Origin: a virus
Taxonomy: Duplodnaviria > Caudoviricetes
DNA: 64,000 nucleotides
IMG/VR virus record: IMGVR_UViG_3300010429_001883
Span: 1 to 64,000 of that record
Direction: 5' to 3' (one strand)
Positions 32,501 to 40,854 of the stretch are shown here, one piece after another (the stretch's first letter is position 1; each line of letters opens with the position of its first letter). The position numbers and the translations under genes were made by a program. Under the pieces are notes generated by a model that worked only from the letters and a program-made list of their open reading frames with translations, searched no databases and was not told the DNA's origin.

Positions 32501-32928
32501 CCCATGATGGCTTTCATGGGCTTGTCTGATGTAGGCATGCCCCACATGGACATGCCCTTGACCACTCCGTCAGCCCAATCGGGGTGGACATAGAACGTCC
32601 ACTTGGACTGTCGGATGACGCACCACAGGGTCGTGGGCTTACGGAGCTCACCACGAAGAAGGGTTACCGCCTTCTTTCGCAGCCACGCCTTTCGGGTGCG
32701 GACGACAGAAGCATCGACGTCCCAAGACTCAATTCTGAGCTTGGAAGCATCGAGCTTCTTTGATTCGAGGAAGCCCAAGAGGACGGCAAATCGGCCCGTC
32801 TCCTGGGATTCCTCACGCTCAACGTTGAGGTACCGGCCTTCCTCAACCGAAACAGTCACTTTCGTTTTAGGAAAGCGGCTGTTGTTGAGGAGTGTCCCCA
32901 ACTTTCGCATGGCTTTCAGTACAGCCAT
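29575..32928 (-). CDS. RNAP-2: divergent single-chain DPBB RNA polymerase-like protein with variant catalytic loop DLDDE
   Basis: HDG, IVKG, VVRSPH and LGGADLDDE (31420-31434) occur in the same order as DG/KG/RxP/GGDxDGD of the RdRP/YonO families; 1117 aa. Confidence 0.65.
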   Translation of the reverse strand: MAVLKAMRKLGTLLNNSRFPKTKVTVSVEEGRYLNVEREESQETGRFAVLLGFLESKKLDASKLRIESWDVDASVVRTRKAWLRKKAVTLLRGELRKPTTLWCVIRQSKWTFYVHPDWADGVVKGMSMWGMPTSDKPMKAIMGTVFARMSALLGGVLAVDWQSESLRYAVLTDEGQREVTASEGVEIDDVLEASLKAAHDGCIHVSGEYIMRLLYGSNWRARGVQPLPEGTILKCVRIVFKGRGIVKGNARVSWRLGPGVDIVYHEVNFKTDWLPSVSLLIVGGIVDHRGACFTDRQFLTMFTAGAERVFVQYVHEFFEAFDRALRAGVEATRQFLHLQAVEVDDEDLDLSQVQKNATILTALRIMGKVNIFRFPQLRSLIMNIALKGKTLRDKIAIGRVMIPAEFSDRGYVQPDPTGWLPSGYYSVKSLVMAKGEFHLWGREGEGAVVRSPHANPWEIVVGLFKDFAKAVPALFAAVGVLYVNFHDLKQVLGTLGGADLDDEAKVLFDERFLAGIKDNFQIPNLEARADMALVAKYMDKPATKKCGGWKHVYESHLYCLEHGMLASIGTWAATVCRYLPAYRFLEAMYNDFQTMEANALAAKLGLPADKVNEVVSKFRAGKIGPTSEEMRTLVAAYPTNLRVATKNSCPNDSSAKRYRLARVGEVVLQSKVYDADDEPKYAHLINSLVTLKEIEGKYFVLLLKWFGEEYIDMGNGKHKGSHDIVGLFDAISNELDAARLSDVACFMGSFSFPFDLADMFHGMYAMVSEDKNGSVYAGVDVLQNVLLNGCWKKGQSYPVQGSLFQHIGGSRSALSELIPDVVTYKGKKVPMYKQDFRPQTHTTEATNRFFRTVWRPTIQRWLAEGRTYRMAAAMYTLAAKYVQDRPKGKYEWDMRPFNQQWLKPLFEAQLAKDRPTAQSNLRRFFGGNNVATMLKARILQNMQVMGKGGMPQLEGLPPEATPTREDLAEAWGMLVSYTAATLADARWIPAGGGQAVSTLQVIQHVTQHVELQIFTKDWIKDCLPAVVQSWAKEQPELCFYIALVTNYRLISDRLCWTDHIAAATARLVSGWYKDTPAGEIGEDYEEGTDLSEYVLDDGPDPDLVLSQDQADSYYVEE

Positions 32929-32938
32929 GGCTCCTCCT

Positions 32939-33280
32939 TTATTCCCAAGGAGGGAGATCGGTGGCCGGACATTCGGTGTCCGGCTCTCGCCCTCCAGAAG
33001 GAATCGGCTCTGTGGGGATTAGCCACGACTTGGCCGCAGCCAAGGAGCTAAATCCCCGGAAATTGGCACCCGACAGGTTCTGAGTGAACCCGTAGGCGCC
33101 TTTCTGGCCATACCATCCCTCGATGATAAGGCCTTCCGGGTACAAGAAGACGGACTTGCCGATGTCCGCCTTCGTGTAGCGGGATTTGATCCGCTCTCGG
33201 ATCTCCTCCCGGTTCTTTTCGGAGATCTTAATGGAGAAGAAGCGGAAACGCTCCTTCACCTTATAATAAGGTGCTGCCAT
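32939..33280 (-). CDS. Hypothetical protein
   Basis: AGGAGG RBS. Confidence 0.7.
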   Translation of the reverse strand: MAAPYYKVKERFRFFSIKISEKNREEIRERIKSRYTKADIGKSVFLYPEGLIIEGWYGQKGAYGFTQNLSGANFRGFSSLAAAKSWLIPTEPIPSGGREPDTECPATDLPPWE

Positions 33281-33527
33281 CTTGGCCTCCTAGTGCTTGC
33301 GGAGATAGCGAGCGGTGGCCTCGCAGATCTCCACAAGAACCCAAAAAATGAGGATAGCGAACACTGGCCAAAAGTAGGCCATTAGCTGTTCTCCTCGATG
33401 TGCTCGAGGACAGTCATCGCAACGGTGACTGCCCCGAACAAGATGACCACCGCGCCCACTGCGTATGCAATGAGCAACGGTGGGTACAAAATACAAGATT
33501 GGAGCAGCTGCTCCAATCCCAACGCCA

Positions 33528-34418
33528 TTACGCCACCTCCTGGAGGAGGACGCCCAGCCGGGCGAGCTGGACGTCCACCACCGCCTGAGCCCTTGCGAGG
33601 CTCAGGTCGGTGGCCTCCATACGGGCCTTCTGGGCCCGGAGTTGGGCGGCGCCGGAGTGGATCGCCGCCAGGATCGCCGCGTTGTCCTTCAACGCGGCGA
33701 TAAACTCCGGATGCCTTGCTGTGGCATCCAGAGCGGCGACGACGTCCGCCGCGGCGAGGCGGCGGGAGGCTTCAAGCCCCCGGAGCCGAAGCTCCAGGGA
33801 CTTGATCCGCCGGGCAGTTTCCCGGCGGCGGACAGCAAGCCCTGCCCATTCCTGGGCGAGGGCCACCTGGCGGAGGCGCATCCGCCAGATGTTGAGGGCC
33901 TTCTCGGCCTTGGCCGCGTCGGGCCGCGTCCAGGCCGAGCCGCTCCCCCACTGCTTGGGGGAGCGGGTCTTGGTCTCCACCGGCTTGCGCCAGCGAAGAA
34001 GCCGGGCCTTGCGGGCCGCAGCCCGCTTGGCCCGACGTTCCTCCAGCCGCGGGTGCTGGAGTGCCTGCTCCAGCGCCGCAGCCTCTTCGCGCCGTTGGCG
34101 GCGGCGCGAAGCTTTGGAGGAATGGCCCTCCAAGCGGGTCAGCACCCGCTTGGAGGGGTTGGCCGAACACATTCGGGCCTGCGCCTCAGAAGCGAGGCGG
34201 GCAGCCCGAAGCTGCTTGGACGCGACAGCCCGGCGGAGCCGAGCTGTCCGGATAGCCTGGGCGCAGGGGCCGGCGCCCACGGTGGCGCCCCGGAAGGCGC
34301 CCAGGATGGTCCGCCCCTTGGGCGGGCGAACCATCCCCTCCTGGGCCAGCAGGGCCAGCCCGATCAGGGCCAGCGCCTGAAGGCCCATGAGGACGGTCAG
34401 GACGAGGATGATGCTCAT
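33528..34418 (-). CDS. Membrane-anchored Arg/Ala-rich helical protein
   Basis: N-terminal TM segment; AGGAGGTG RBS; very GC-rich. Confidence 0.65.
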   Translation of the reverse strand: MSIILVLTVLMGLQALALIGLALLAQEGMVRPPKGRTILGAFRGATVGAGPCAQAIRTARLRRAVASKQLRAARLASEAQARMCSANPSKRVLTRLEGHSSKASRRRQRREEAAALEQALQHPRLEERRAKRAAARKARLLRWRKPVETKTRSPKQWGSGSAWTRPDAAKAEKALNIWRMRLRQVALAQEWAGLAVRRRETARRIKSLELRLRGLEASRRLAAADVVAALDATARHPEFIAALKDNAAILAAIHSGAAQLRAQKARMEATDLSLARAQAVVDVQLARLGVLLQEVA

Positions 34419-34482
34419 TAGAGCACCTCCTTGTTGTTGCGTTTAAGCTAGCTGTATGTCGCTAGCGGGCACGTCGTAGCCC
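34407..34482 (-). promoter_or_regulatory. Repeated two-hairpin leader, copy 1
   Basis: GGGCTACGACGTGCCC-GCTAGC..GCTAGC-TTAAACGCAA..AGGAGGTGCTCTA-ATGAGCATCATC. Confidence 0.7.
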
Positions 34483-34667
34483 ATATGTCAACCCATGGGT
34501 GTAAGCGTCAATACCGCCGCTACCATGGGGTACTACTACAGATAGCCCTGTAGCACAGCCGCTCCTCTTTTACGTCTTTGGAGTCGCGCTCGGACTGGGG
34601 CATGACACTCCATGCCCCTGTAAAAGATCATACTCCCATGAGTGTATGGGAGGGAACGTTACTTTGA

Positions 34668-34910
34668 CTACTTGGTGGTCATGGTCTCGGCGGCCGCCAC
34701 CAACACCACCCGGTCGGCGGCCGACATGGCCGCCAGGTAGCGGCGCATGAACGCCACAGCCTGGGCCGTGGCGCTCACCTTCTGCTCCACCGTTGTCAAG
34801 GCCGCAGCCTTGACATTCGTCTTCTTCTCGGTCATGGTATCTATCCTCCACTGGGCGGGGCGTGCCGTTGCAGAGAGCCCCTTTAACCCATACTTAACCC
34901 CATAATCCAT
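34668..34910 (-). CDS. Small Ala/Thr-rich protein (likely start MTEKK)
   Basis: GGAGG RBS before the internal ATG. Confidence 0.6.
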   Translation of the reverse strand: MDYGVKYGLKGLSATARPAQWRIDTMTEKKTNVKAAALTTVEQKVSATAQAVAFMRRYLAAMSAADRVVLVAAAETMTTK

Positions 34911-34991
34911 ATTATGAGGTTGAGTATGAGTGCCCGATATTTATTATCGCCTCGGAGCAGGGCGATATCTTACATCCCCTTAGATCGGGGC

Positions 34992-35357
34992 TTAGTTGGT
35001 CTGGGTAGCCACCTCAATGTGGGTGAACTCTCGGCGGGGGGCATACACCGCCTGAAGGGAGAACAGCATGTCGATTGCCTCTTCCCGGTAAGAGGCTCGG
35101 GTTGACTTGAAGAGGTGGTTGTCGATCATAAGATTAACAACCCAATACCCGGAGTTCAGTTCTCTGATGTAGCCGGAACAGAGCCCGTTCCGGCCATCAT
35201 ATTTAAAGCTGCGGGTGGTGGTGGTCATGTCCTTGACCACACGTGGGGTGGCGGGGACGGCCTTGGCGTTGGCCTTGGCCTTGGCGTCGAGGGCGGCGGC
35301 GATCACGATGATGCCGATGATCACGACGATTCCGATCACGATGGCGATGATGCTCAT
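34992..35357 (-). CDS. Membrane-anchored protein; first gene of the leftward block
   Basis: Ile-rich N-terminal TM segment; AGGAGGTG RBS. Confidence 0.75.
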   Translation of the reverse strand: MSIIAIVIGIVVIIGIIVIAAALDAKAKANAKAVPATPRVVKDMTTTTRSFKYDGRNGLCSGYIRELNSGYWVVNLMIDNHLFKSTRASYREEAIDMLFSLQAVYAPRREFTHIEVATQTN

Positions 35358-35415
35358 AGAGCACCTCCTCTTTTTGCGTTTAAGCTACCTTAAGGTAGCG
35401 GGCACGTCGTAGCCC
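35346..35415 (-). promoter_or_regulatory. Repeated two-hairpin leader, copy 2
   Basis: GGGCTACGACGTGCCC-GCTACC-TTAA-GGTAGC-TTAAACGCAA..AGGAGGTGCTCT-ATGAGCATCATC. Confidence 0.7.
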
Positions 35416-35419
35416 TTTA

Positions 35420-36000
35420 AACCACATTAAAGCACATTAACATTACTGCTAATGTACTTTAAAATGGGGAGGGGACTACCTACCCATAGCCCATGGTATG
35501 TACCTTGTGGTACTCATGGAGCTAGGACTATGGCATAGGCAGTCCCCTCTAGTGGAGGGAGATACCAACCCACTAGCTGTCACCTAGTGAGTTGATATGG
35601 ATTTATGCTACTACTTGCACCGTAGCATCTGGTGCGTGTCAGTAGCCAGGGACTACACACTAGTGACCACTATTTGTGGTATAGTGCGCTGTTGGGCAAC
35701 TCGGGTATAAGGCAATATGCCTACCCTTGGCCCATCCTGGGTAACCAACACATGTATTGTCGTACTAGCACACTGGTATGCTAGAGTACCTGGTATTCTC
35801 CTTCAAAGGAGATAACAGAATAGGTACTTTACGGTATGTCCACCATCTTATGGACATAGCCCTACTGTTTGATGTAGGACATCATCTGTGTGGGAATAAG
35901 CCACACTCTTCTCTCGCTTTTCTAGATAAAGCAAGGCAAACTGTTGATGGGGTGATTGCCAATGGAGATGGCCCATCAACCGACGGGGTGGCATTGAAAC
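35420..36000. repeat. Inverted-repeat-rich non-coding tract at the strand switch
   Basis: Successive stems, e.g. ggggact/agtcccc, cactag/ctagtg, atgctac/gtagcat, atgtcca/tggacat, gttgatgg/ccatcaac. Confidence 0.6.
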
Positions 36001-36155
36001 GAATTGCTTCGTCACAACACCACTACTAGGTAACCTCTAAAAAATATAAGTCCTTTTTTCCCTATATAAGGCTTTTTCCTTTTTTTCTAATTTCCTTTTT
36101 TCCTTTTAACCTTACACCTTCCTTAAAATAATTTTAAGTATTGTGATTTTTCTTG

Positions 36156-36184
36156 TTTATTTCTAGGTAAAGTTAGTGTATAAT
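36156..36184 (+). promoter_or_regulatory. Sigma-70-like promoter
   Basis: TTTATT-17-TATAAT with an AT-rich upstream region, ahead of the AAGGAG RBS of 36214. Confidence 0.5.
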
Positions 36185-36213
36185 AGAGATAAGTCTAAAG
36201 AAGGAGAAAGCAG

Positions 36214-36429
36214 ATGTTTAATGATAGGTTTAAATGGTTAGTGATTGAGGAGGACGGGTGGGGTGACAGAACAAGTGGGGCTTGTTTCAAGAATAAGAGG
36301 GATGCAATTAAGAGGCTAAAGGAAATTAATTTAATGAATGGGTACACAGGGAAGTGTGCGGGTGCTCAATTATACAAGTTAGAACTGGTTGATACGAGTG
36401 ATGTTAATTGCATTTTGGAGGACAACTAA
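36214..36429 (+). CDS. Hypothetical protein
   Basis: AAGGAG RBS. Confidence 0.7.
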   Translation: MFNDRFKWLVIEEDGWGDRTSGACFKNKRDAIKRLKEINLMNGYTGKCAGAQLYKLELVDTSDVNCILEDN

Positions 36430-36676
36430 GGTGTTCAAGTTACCGGGCAGGGTCAATGAAATAGCCAAAGTCTATTTAATTAAGAAGGGCGATGAAACTC
36501 CTAGGATTATTCAAGCGAAGCAGGCGATAGACGACATGCAATATTTATTATGTGTTTTAGCTGTAGTGAGTAATGCTTATGAGAATTTAATGGAGGGTGC
36601 AGACGATGAAGCTGTAGACTTATCTATGGATGTGGATAAATTAATAAGTAGTGGAACTGACATTTTATATAGGTGA
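36389..36676 (+). CDS. Hypothetical protein (start probably GTG at 36431)
   Basis: GGAGG upstream of the GTG. Confidence 0.6.
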   Translation: MIRVMLIAFWRTTKVFKLPGRVNEIAKVYLIKKGDETPRIIQAKQAIDDMQYLLCVLAVVSNAYENLMEGADDEAVDLSMDVDKLISSGTDILYR

Positions 36677-36688
36677 GGTATTTAAACC

Positions 36689-36970
36689 GTGGCAATAGAA
36701 TTAAGAGAGAGTTTAGTACTGGTAGTAGATGGGGCGGAGCTTGAGGTAACTAGGGAGGAAGCGGAGGAGATATATGAGGTATTGAAGAGGTACTTAAACA
36801 AGGGTGAGGAGATCAAGTGGGTACCGTGGTATCCCACACCATATTTTTATGAAACCACTTATCCACCGGAAGGGGGGAAGTGGGAGGTTACTATTACTAC
36901 GAATGCGGAGGATGGCAACGAAGGGCCTTGTTATATATCTGACATGAACCAACCTAACAGGGTATGGTAA
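36689..36970 (+). CDS. Hypothetical acidic protein
   Basis: GAGGT RBS. Confidence 0.65.
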   Translation: MAIELRESLVLVVDGAELEVTREEAEEIYEVLKRYLNKGEEIKWVPWYPTPYFYETTYPPEGGKWEVTITTNAEDGNEGPCYISDMNQPNRVW

Positions 36971-36973
36971 GGT

Positions 36974-37162
36974 ATGGGACAATCAATAAACAAGGATGAA
37001 GTAATGGTAGGTGAGGTACTAGTGGATGTAAAGGACAATTTACTTCACGAGAGGTATTTTGATAATCCTTGGCTAGCTGAGAAGACGATATATGAATTAG
37101 TAGGGATAGTGGAGCAACTACTTGTTTACATAGAGGTATTATCGAATGAAGGTGGGCGGTGA
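36974..37162 (+). CDS. Hypothetical protein
   Basis: Operon context. Confidence 0.6.
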   Translation: MGQSINKDEVMVGEVLVDVKDNLLHERYFDNPWLAEKTIYELVGIVEQLLVYIEVLSNEGGR

Positions 37163-37237
37163 GTATAATATACAGAAGTGTAAATTTTAGTTATACTATA
37201 TAACTTGGGAATTTCCCTGTAAGGGAGGTAGTTAAGT

Positions 37238-37444
37238 ATGAAATTTGGATTTAAAAGAAACACCAAGTTTATGGAGAAGATAGCTGACAGGTTAGAGAAT
37301 GGTTATTATGATGTAGACAGTTACCTAGACATATTGGAGAAGTGCTGTGATGAGTTTGAGGTGGGGGCGGAGGAGCTATACGAGGAACTCCGCAAAGAGA
37401 AGTATTTAAGGGATTTAGCTATAAAGAAGAATTTTTCTGACTAA
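37238..37444 (+). CDS. Hypothetical protein
   Basis: GGAGGT RBS. Confidence 0.65.
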   Translation: MKFGFKRNTKFMEKIADRLENGYYDVDSYLDILEKCCDEFEVGAEELYEELRKEKYLRDLAIKKNFSD

Positions 37445-37557
37445 CAATTAAAAAGGGAATTAAAAAGCATATATTCTAGGTATAAGTGTGTACCTAAAAT
37501 ATAGTGATATAAGGAATTAGAGATTTTAAAAACGCCGCGGCGGCTTCAGGAGTATAG

Positions 37558-37959
37558 ATGGCCAATTACATATTGATTGAAATACCTGAGACAGATGAGA
37601 ATGGGGATGACATAGATCTTTATCAATTGGATAAGATAGTCTTCATGATAAAGACTAGTTTAGATCCAGTAAGTGTACGGAACGTATTAAGTGTAGCGTA
37701 CAGGAAGATAAATGATTCAGTTCAAGGCGAGTTATGGTATAATGAATGGTTAGGTTCTCACAGTGATTGTAGTAAGGTAATTGAGGCCATGGGGTACTTA
37801 GGTGAATCTGTAGGTAAGAAGTTAGTGGATACTTATAAAGCAATGAATGAAAGTCAGTTAGTTAATTTAGAAGAGTTTTTAGAGGAGTACAAGAACAGTC
37901 CTGATTTAACGGACATAGTGATGAAGAAGGATGACAAGAGGGAAGAGGATGGTTACTAA
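37558..37959 (+). CDS. Hypothetical acidic protein
   Basis: AGGAG RBS. Confidence 0.7.
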   Translation: MANYILIEIPETDENGDDIDLYQLDKIVFMIKTSLDPVSVRNVLSVAYRKINDSVQGELWYNEWLGSHSDCSKVIEAMGYLGESVGKKLVDTYKAMNESQLVNLEEFLEEYKNSPDLTDIVMKKDDKREEDGY

Positions 37960-38581
37960 GCCATTTACTATAAGTTTTGACATTGATGGTGTCTGGTGTG
38001 ATTTTGTTTTTGGGTTTACCAAGATAGCTCAAGAACTGGGTATGATAACCCACGTTAACAAAGTTCAAGAACAAAAATACTGGTCATTTAAAGATTCTCA
38101 TGGTTTAACTGATAAGGAACATGAGAGGTTAGTTGAGAGGTTAGAGGAATTAGGGGACAGGTTTTGGGTTAGCATCCCGCCGGTTAATGGGATTACTCCT
38201 TGGGAAACGTATAAGAGCTTGAATAGGAGATCGGATACTAGAATAGTCTTTATTACTTCCAGGCGGTTTTGTACCCTTGGTGGGATTCAAGAGTGGTTCA
38301 AGCAATACGGGCAGATAGACATAAAGAAAGAACAGATTTATATGGTTACTAATAATGACAAAAGGTCGGCGGCCATGCAGGCAGAAGTAGATATACATAT
38401 CGACGATAGCCCCGAGGCGCTGGAACTGTTACTCGATAAACCCTACCCTAAACAAGTAGTCGGGATAAAGTATAAGTATAACGAACATCTGTGGGCAGAT
38501 AAACGTATTATGTGGGTTGATTCTTTAATTGATTATTTATTGCTTTGCCAACAAACCTTACGAAAAGAATATGCGTATTAG
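37931..38581 (+). CDS. HAD-family 5'(3')-deoxyribonucleotidase (NT5C-like)
   Basis: FDIDGV motif I, FITSR, K, and HIDD motif IV. Confidence 0.85.
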   Translation: MTRGKRMVTKPFTISFDIDGVWCDFVFGFTKIAQELGMITHVNKVQEQKYWSFKDSHGLTDKEHERLVERLEELGDRFWVSIPPVNGITPWETYKSLNRRSDTRIVFITSRRFCTLGGIQEWFKQYGQIDIKKEQIYMVTNNDKRSAAMQAEVDIHIDDSPEALELLLDKPYPKQVVGIKYKYNEHLWADKRIMWVDSLIDYLLLCQQTLRKEYAY

Positions 38582-39111
38582 GAGAGAACATGACTAAAAT
38601 TAATGAAAACCCTCCAACTATTTATCTGTCTGGTGCTATTGAAAACTTGAAGAATTTTGGTTCTGATTGGAGATTGGAAGCTGAAAAAAAGTTGAGATCT
38701 TTAGGATTTGAGACTGTAAACCCCGTTGACCTGGTTGATGACTTTTCTCGTATCACTGGGTTTGAAAGAAAGGATATTCCAACTTTAAAGAAAAAGAACC
38801 CAGCCAAGTTGGCTCAAGGGTTTAAAGAAATAATTAAACGAGATTTAGAGGCAGTTTCTTATAGTGATTATATACTAGTGTACTGGGATAAAGCCGCAGC
38901 TGAAGGGGCTGGTACCCACGGCGAAGCAACCTATGCATTTTCTCTTGGAATACCAGTTTACTTGGTTGCTAAAATTAAACCTGAACATGTCCCCGTATGG
39001 TTGCTTGGCTGCTGTGAAGGTGTTTTTGAAAGTTTGGTAGATGCGCTAAGCTTCTTTAGAGAAATTGCGCAACAAAGAGGATTAAGATTAAGGATACCCG
39101 ATGTAGATTAA
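38545..39111 (+). CDS. Nucleoside 2-deoxyribosyltransferase / nucleotide N-hydrolase family
   Basis: IYLSGAI, NP, RDL..V..SD, GTHGE..YA...GIPV. Confidence 0.85.
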   Translation: MPTNLTKRICVLGENMTKINENPPTIYLSGAIENLKNFGSDWRLEAEKKLRSLGFETVNPVDLVDDFSRITGFERKDIPTLKKKNPAKLAQGFKEIIKRDLEAVSYSDYILVYWDKAAAEGAGTHGEATYAFSLGIPVYLVAKIKPEHVPVWLLGCCEGVFESLVDALSFFREIAQQRGLRLRIPDVD

Positions 39112-39130
39112 TTAGCGGAGGTAACTAGTT

Positions 39131-39304
39131 ATGACCGAACTTAAAAATATGAAAAAAGATGATTTAAAGAAACTTATCGGCAAACTGGAATACCTCCGTC
39201 GAGTGGCTACTAAGCAAGGTAAAAAAGAAAAAGAAGATGACTATACCCGCTATCTTATCTACTTGAGGAAATTATATCGTATGAAGATGAAGGAAGAACT
39301 TTAA
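39131..39304 (+). CDS. 57-aa basic hypothetical protein (below the track cut-off)
   Basis: GGAGGT RBS; MTELKNMKK...MKEEL; TAATG-coupled to the next gene. Confidence 0.65.
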   Translation: MTELKNMKKDDLKKLIGKLEYLRRVATKQGKKEKEDDYTRYLIYLRKLYRMKMKEEL

Positions 39305-39906
39305 TGGAGCCATTCATACCACAGGGAGAACGTGCTCTCGTTGCTAGATATGTTAGGGGACTTATTAGAAGAGTCCCCTATACTTTATATGTTGAACCTA
39401 GAATAGGGGATGGCATGTTTGCTTATGGGGTATATCCTCATAATGCAATATTAAATGACGTTGGTACCGGCGCCGCTAATGCACTGAGAGTTATCAAAAA
39501 TAATATCTCAGCTTTCTTTAATACGGTAGAAGAATTAAGAAAAGAACCAATTAATCAAAACTATATAGATCATGTAAAACGAGCAGTTACTTATTGCGCT
39601 AATAAAAATAACTACGCTTTCATTGATGAAAACTTCTATAACTTGGTTGAATTGTCTCAATACTTGAATGATAATAATGTATTAATAAATAGCGGCGATA
39701 ACATAGAAGGTTGCTTGAGTAATGTAGAAAGAAAAAATCTGGTTGTTATTAGCAATCCAGATCTTGATGAAAACTTACTTGAAATGTTAGAAGCTACTAA
39801 AGCGTATTATATATTGATTTTGACTAATTCCTCTGATGAAAGCATTCCACTTATATCATCTGGCCTAGAAGAAACATCTTCTAGGTGTCTTAAGAATTTC
39901 CGCTAA
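39304..39906 (+). CDS. Degenerate Dam (D12-class) methyltransferase-like protein
   Basis: YVEPRIGDG...AILND resembles YVEPF.G.G...ILND; the DPPY position reads SNPD. Confidence 0.55.
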   Translation: MEPFIPQGERALVARYVRGLIRRVPYTLYVEPRIGDGMFAYGVYPHNAILNDVGTGAANALRVIKNNISAFFNTVEELRKEPINQNYIDHVKRAVTYCANKNNYAFIDENFYNLVELSQYLNDNNVLINSGDNIEGCLSNVERKNLVVISNPDLDENLLEMLEATKAYYILILTNSSDESIPLISSGLEETSSRCLKNFR

Positions 39907-40837
39907 GTTTTAACAGTTCTTCGGTTTCTTGGGCTATTGTTTCTAGTGATGTCCAATGGGGCTTGTCAAAGTGTGACGAGCCTTGTAACACAGTAGGAAC
40001 ATAGTTTGTTTTCTGCCCAGTTGCCGTTGGGAAAGCGTCGTCGGTGAACTCGTATTTCAGCCCATAGTTCGTTTTAAAATATTCCAGTAAAGAGTATTTA
40101 TTTACTGGGGCTTTACTGCCTACTTCTAGTGCTCCGTTACTGCCAGCCATTATGCAACTAACAATAGCACAGAATAAATCTTCAGGATGAATGTAGTCTC
40201 TAACTATATCAATTTTATTGGTATAAAATATTTTATTTTGTAAAACAGCTTGAACAAGATCTGAAATAAAATACCCATCATAGATATCAGCGTATCTGCT
40301 AAAGTAGGAGTATAGCCGTATGTCTGTAATGTGCAAGTGCCTAAGAGCCCGGTGCTTGGCTTCCGATGTGAGTTTGGAAATTGTATTGTAAGTGTTTACG
40401 TTATATGGATCAATAGAGCCTGCAACTATGTGGGATAGCTGTCCGGTACTAAAACTAATATAGGAAGCTTTTGGGTTATACTCACGCAGATAGTCTATAC
40501 ACAAATTATCATATTTTTCAGTAATTGTGAAGTAGCGGCTAAAGTCGTTGTTTAGTTTCTTGAATGTTCCAGCGCCCGTGCAGTTAATCAATGCATTGTA
40601 TTTTCCAGAATTAAATTCATCGTATGTTAGGATTTTATGGTTGTTTTTAAAAGTTCTTATAAATTTTTCAACTTCTTGTGGATGAGTAGAACATAGAGTT
40701 AAGGAAACTTCTTCTGGATATGCAATGGAAAAGTTTCTAATCAGTCCTTTTGCTATGTGGGATGTTGCGCCCAATATTACTATATTGATTCCAGGACACG
40801 TATTCATAGATAATTGATTCCTCTTTTTTGTAACCAA
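39890..40837 (-). CDS. NAD-dependent epimerase/dehydratase/reductase (SDR)
   Basis: ILGATSHIA Rossmann variant, SFST, RDYIH; the YxxxK motif reads NTISK. Confidence 0.8.
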   Translation of the reverse strand: MVTKKRNQLSMNTCPGINIVILGATSHIAKGLIRNFSIAYPEEVSLTLCSTHPQEVEKFIRTFKNNHKILTYDEFNSGKYNALINCTGAGTFKKLNNDFSRYFTITEKYDNLCIDYLREYNPKASYISFSTGQLSHIVAGSIDPYNVNTYNTISKLTSEAKHRALRHLHITDIRLYSYFSRYADIYDGYFISDLVQAVLQNKIFYTNKIDIVRDYIHPEDLFCAIVSCIMAGSNGALEVGSKAPVNKYSLLEYFKTNYGLKYEFTDDAFPTATGQKTNYVPTVLQGSSHFDKPHWTSLETIAQETEELLKLSGNS

Positions 40838-40854
40838 ACCTCAAAAGCCTCTTT

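Noticed and set aside
29602-34421. Plus-strand ORFs of 200-313 aa opposite RNAP-2 and 33528-34418
   Set aside because: Stop-poor antisense frames typical of high-GC sequence; the RBSs and terminators support the minus strand.
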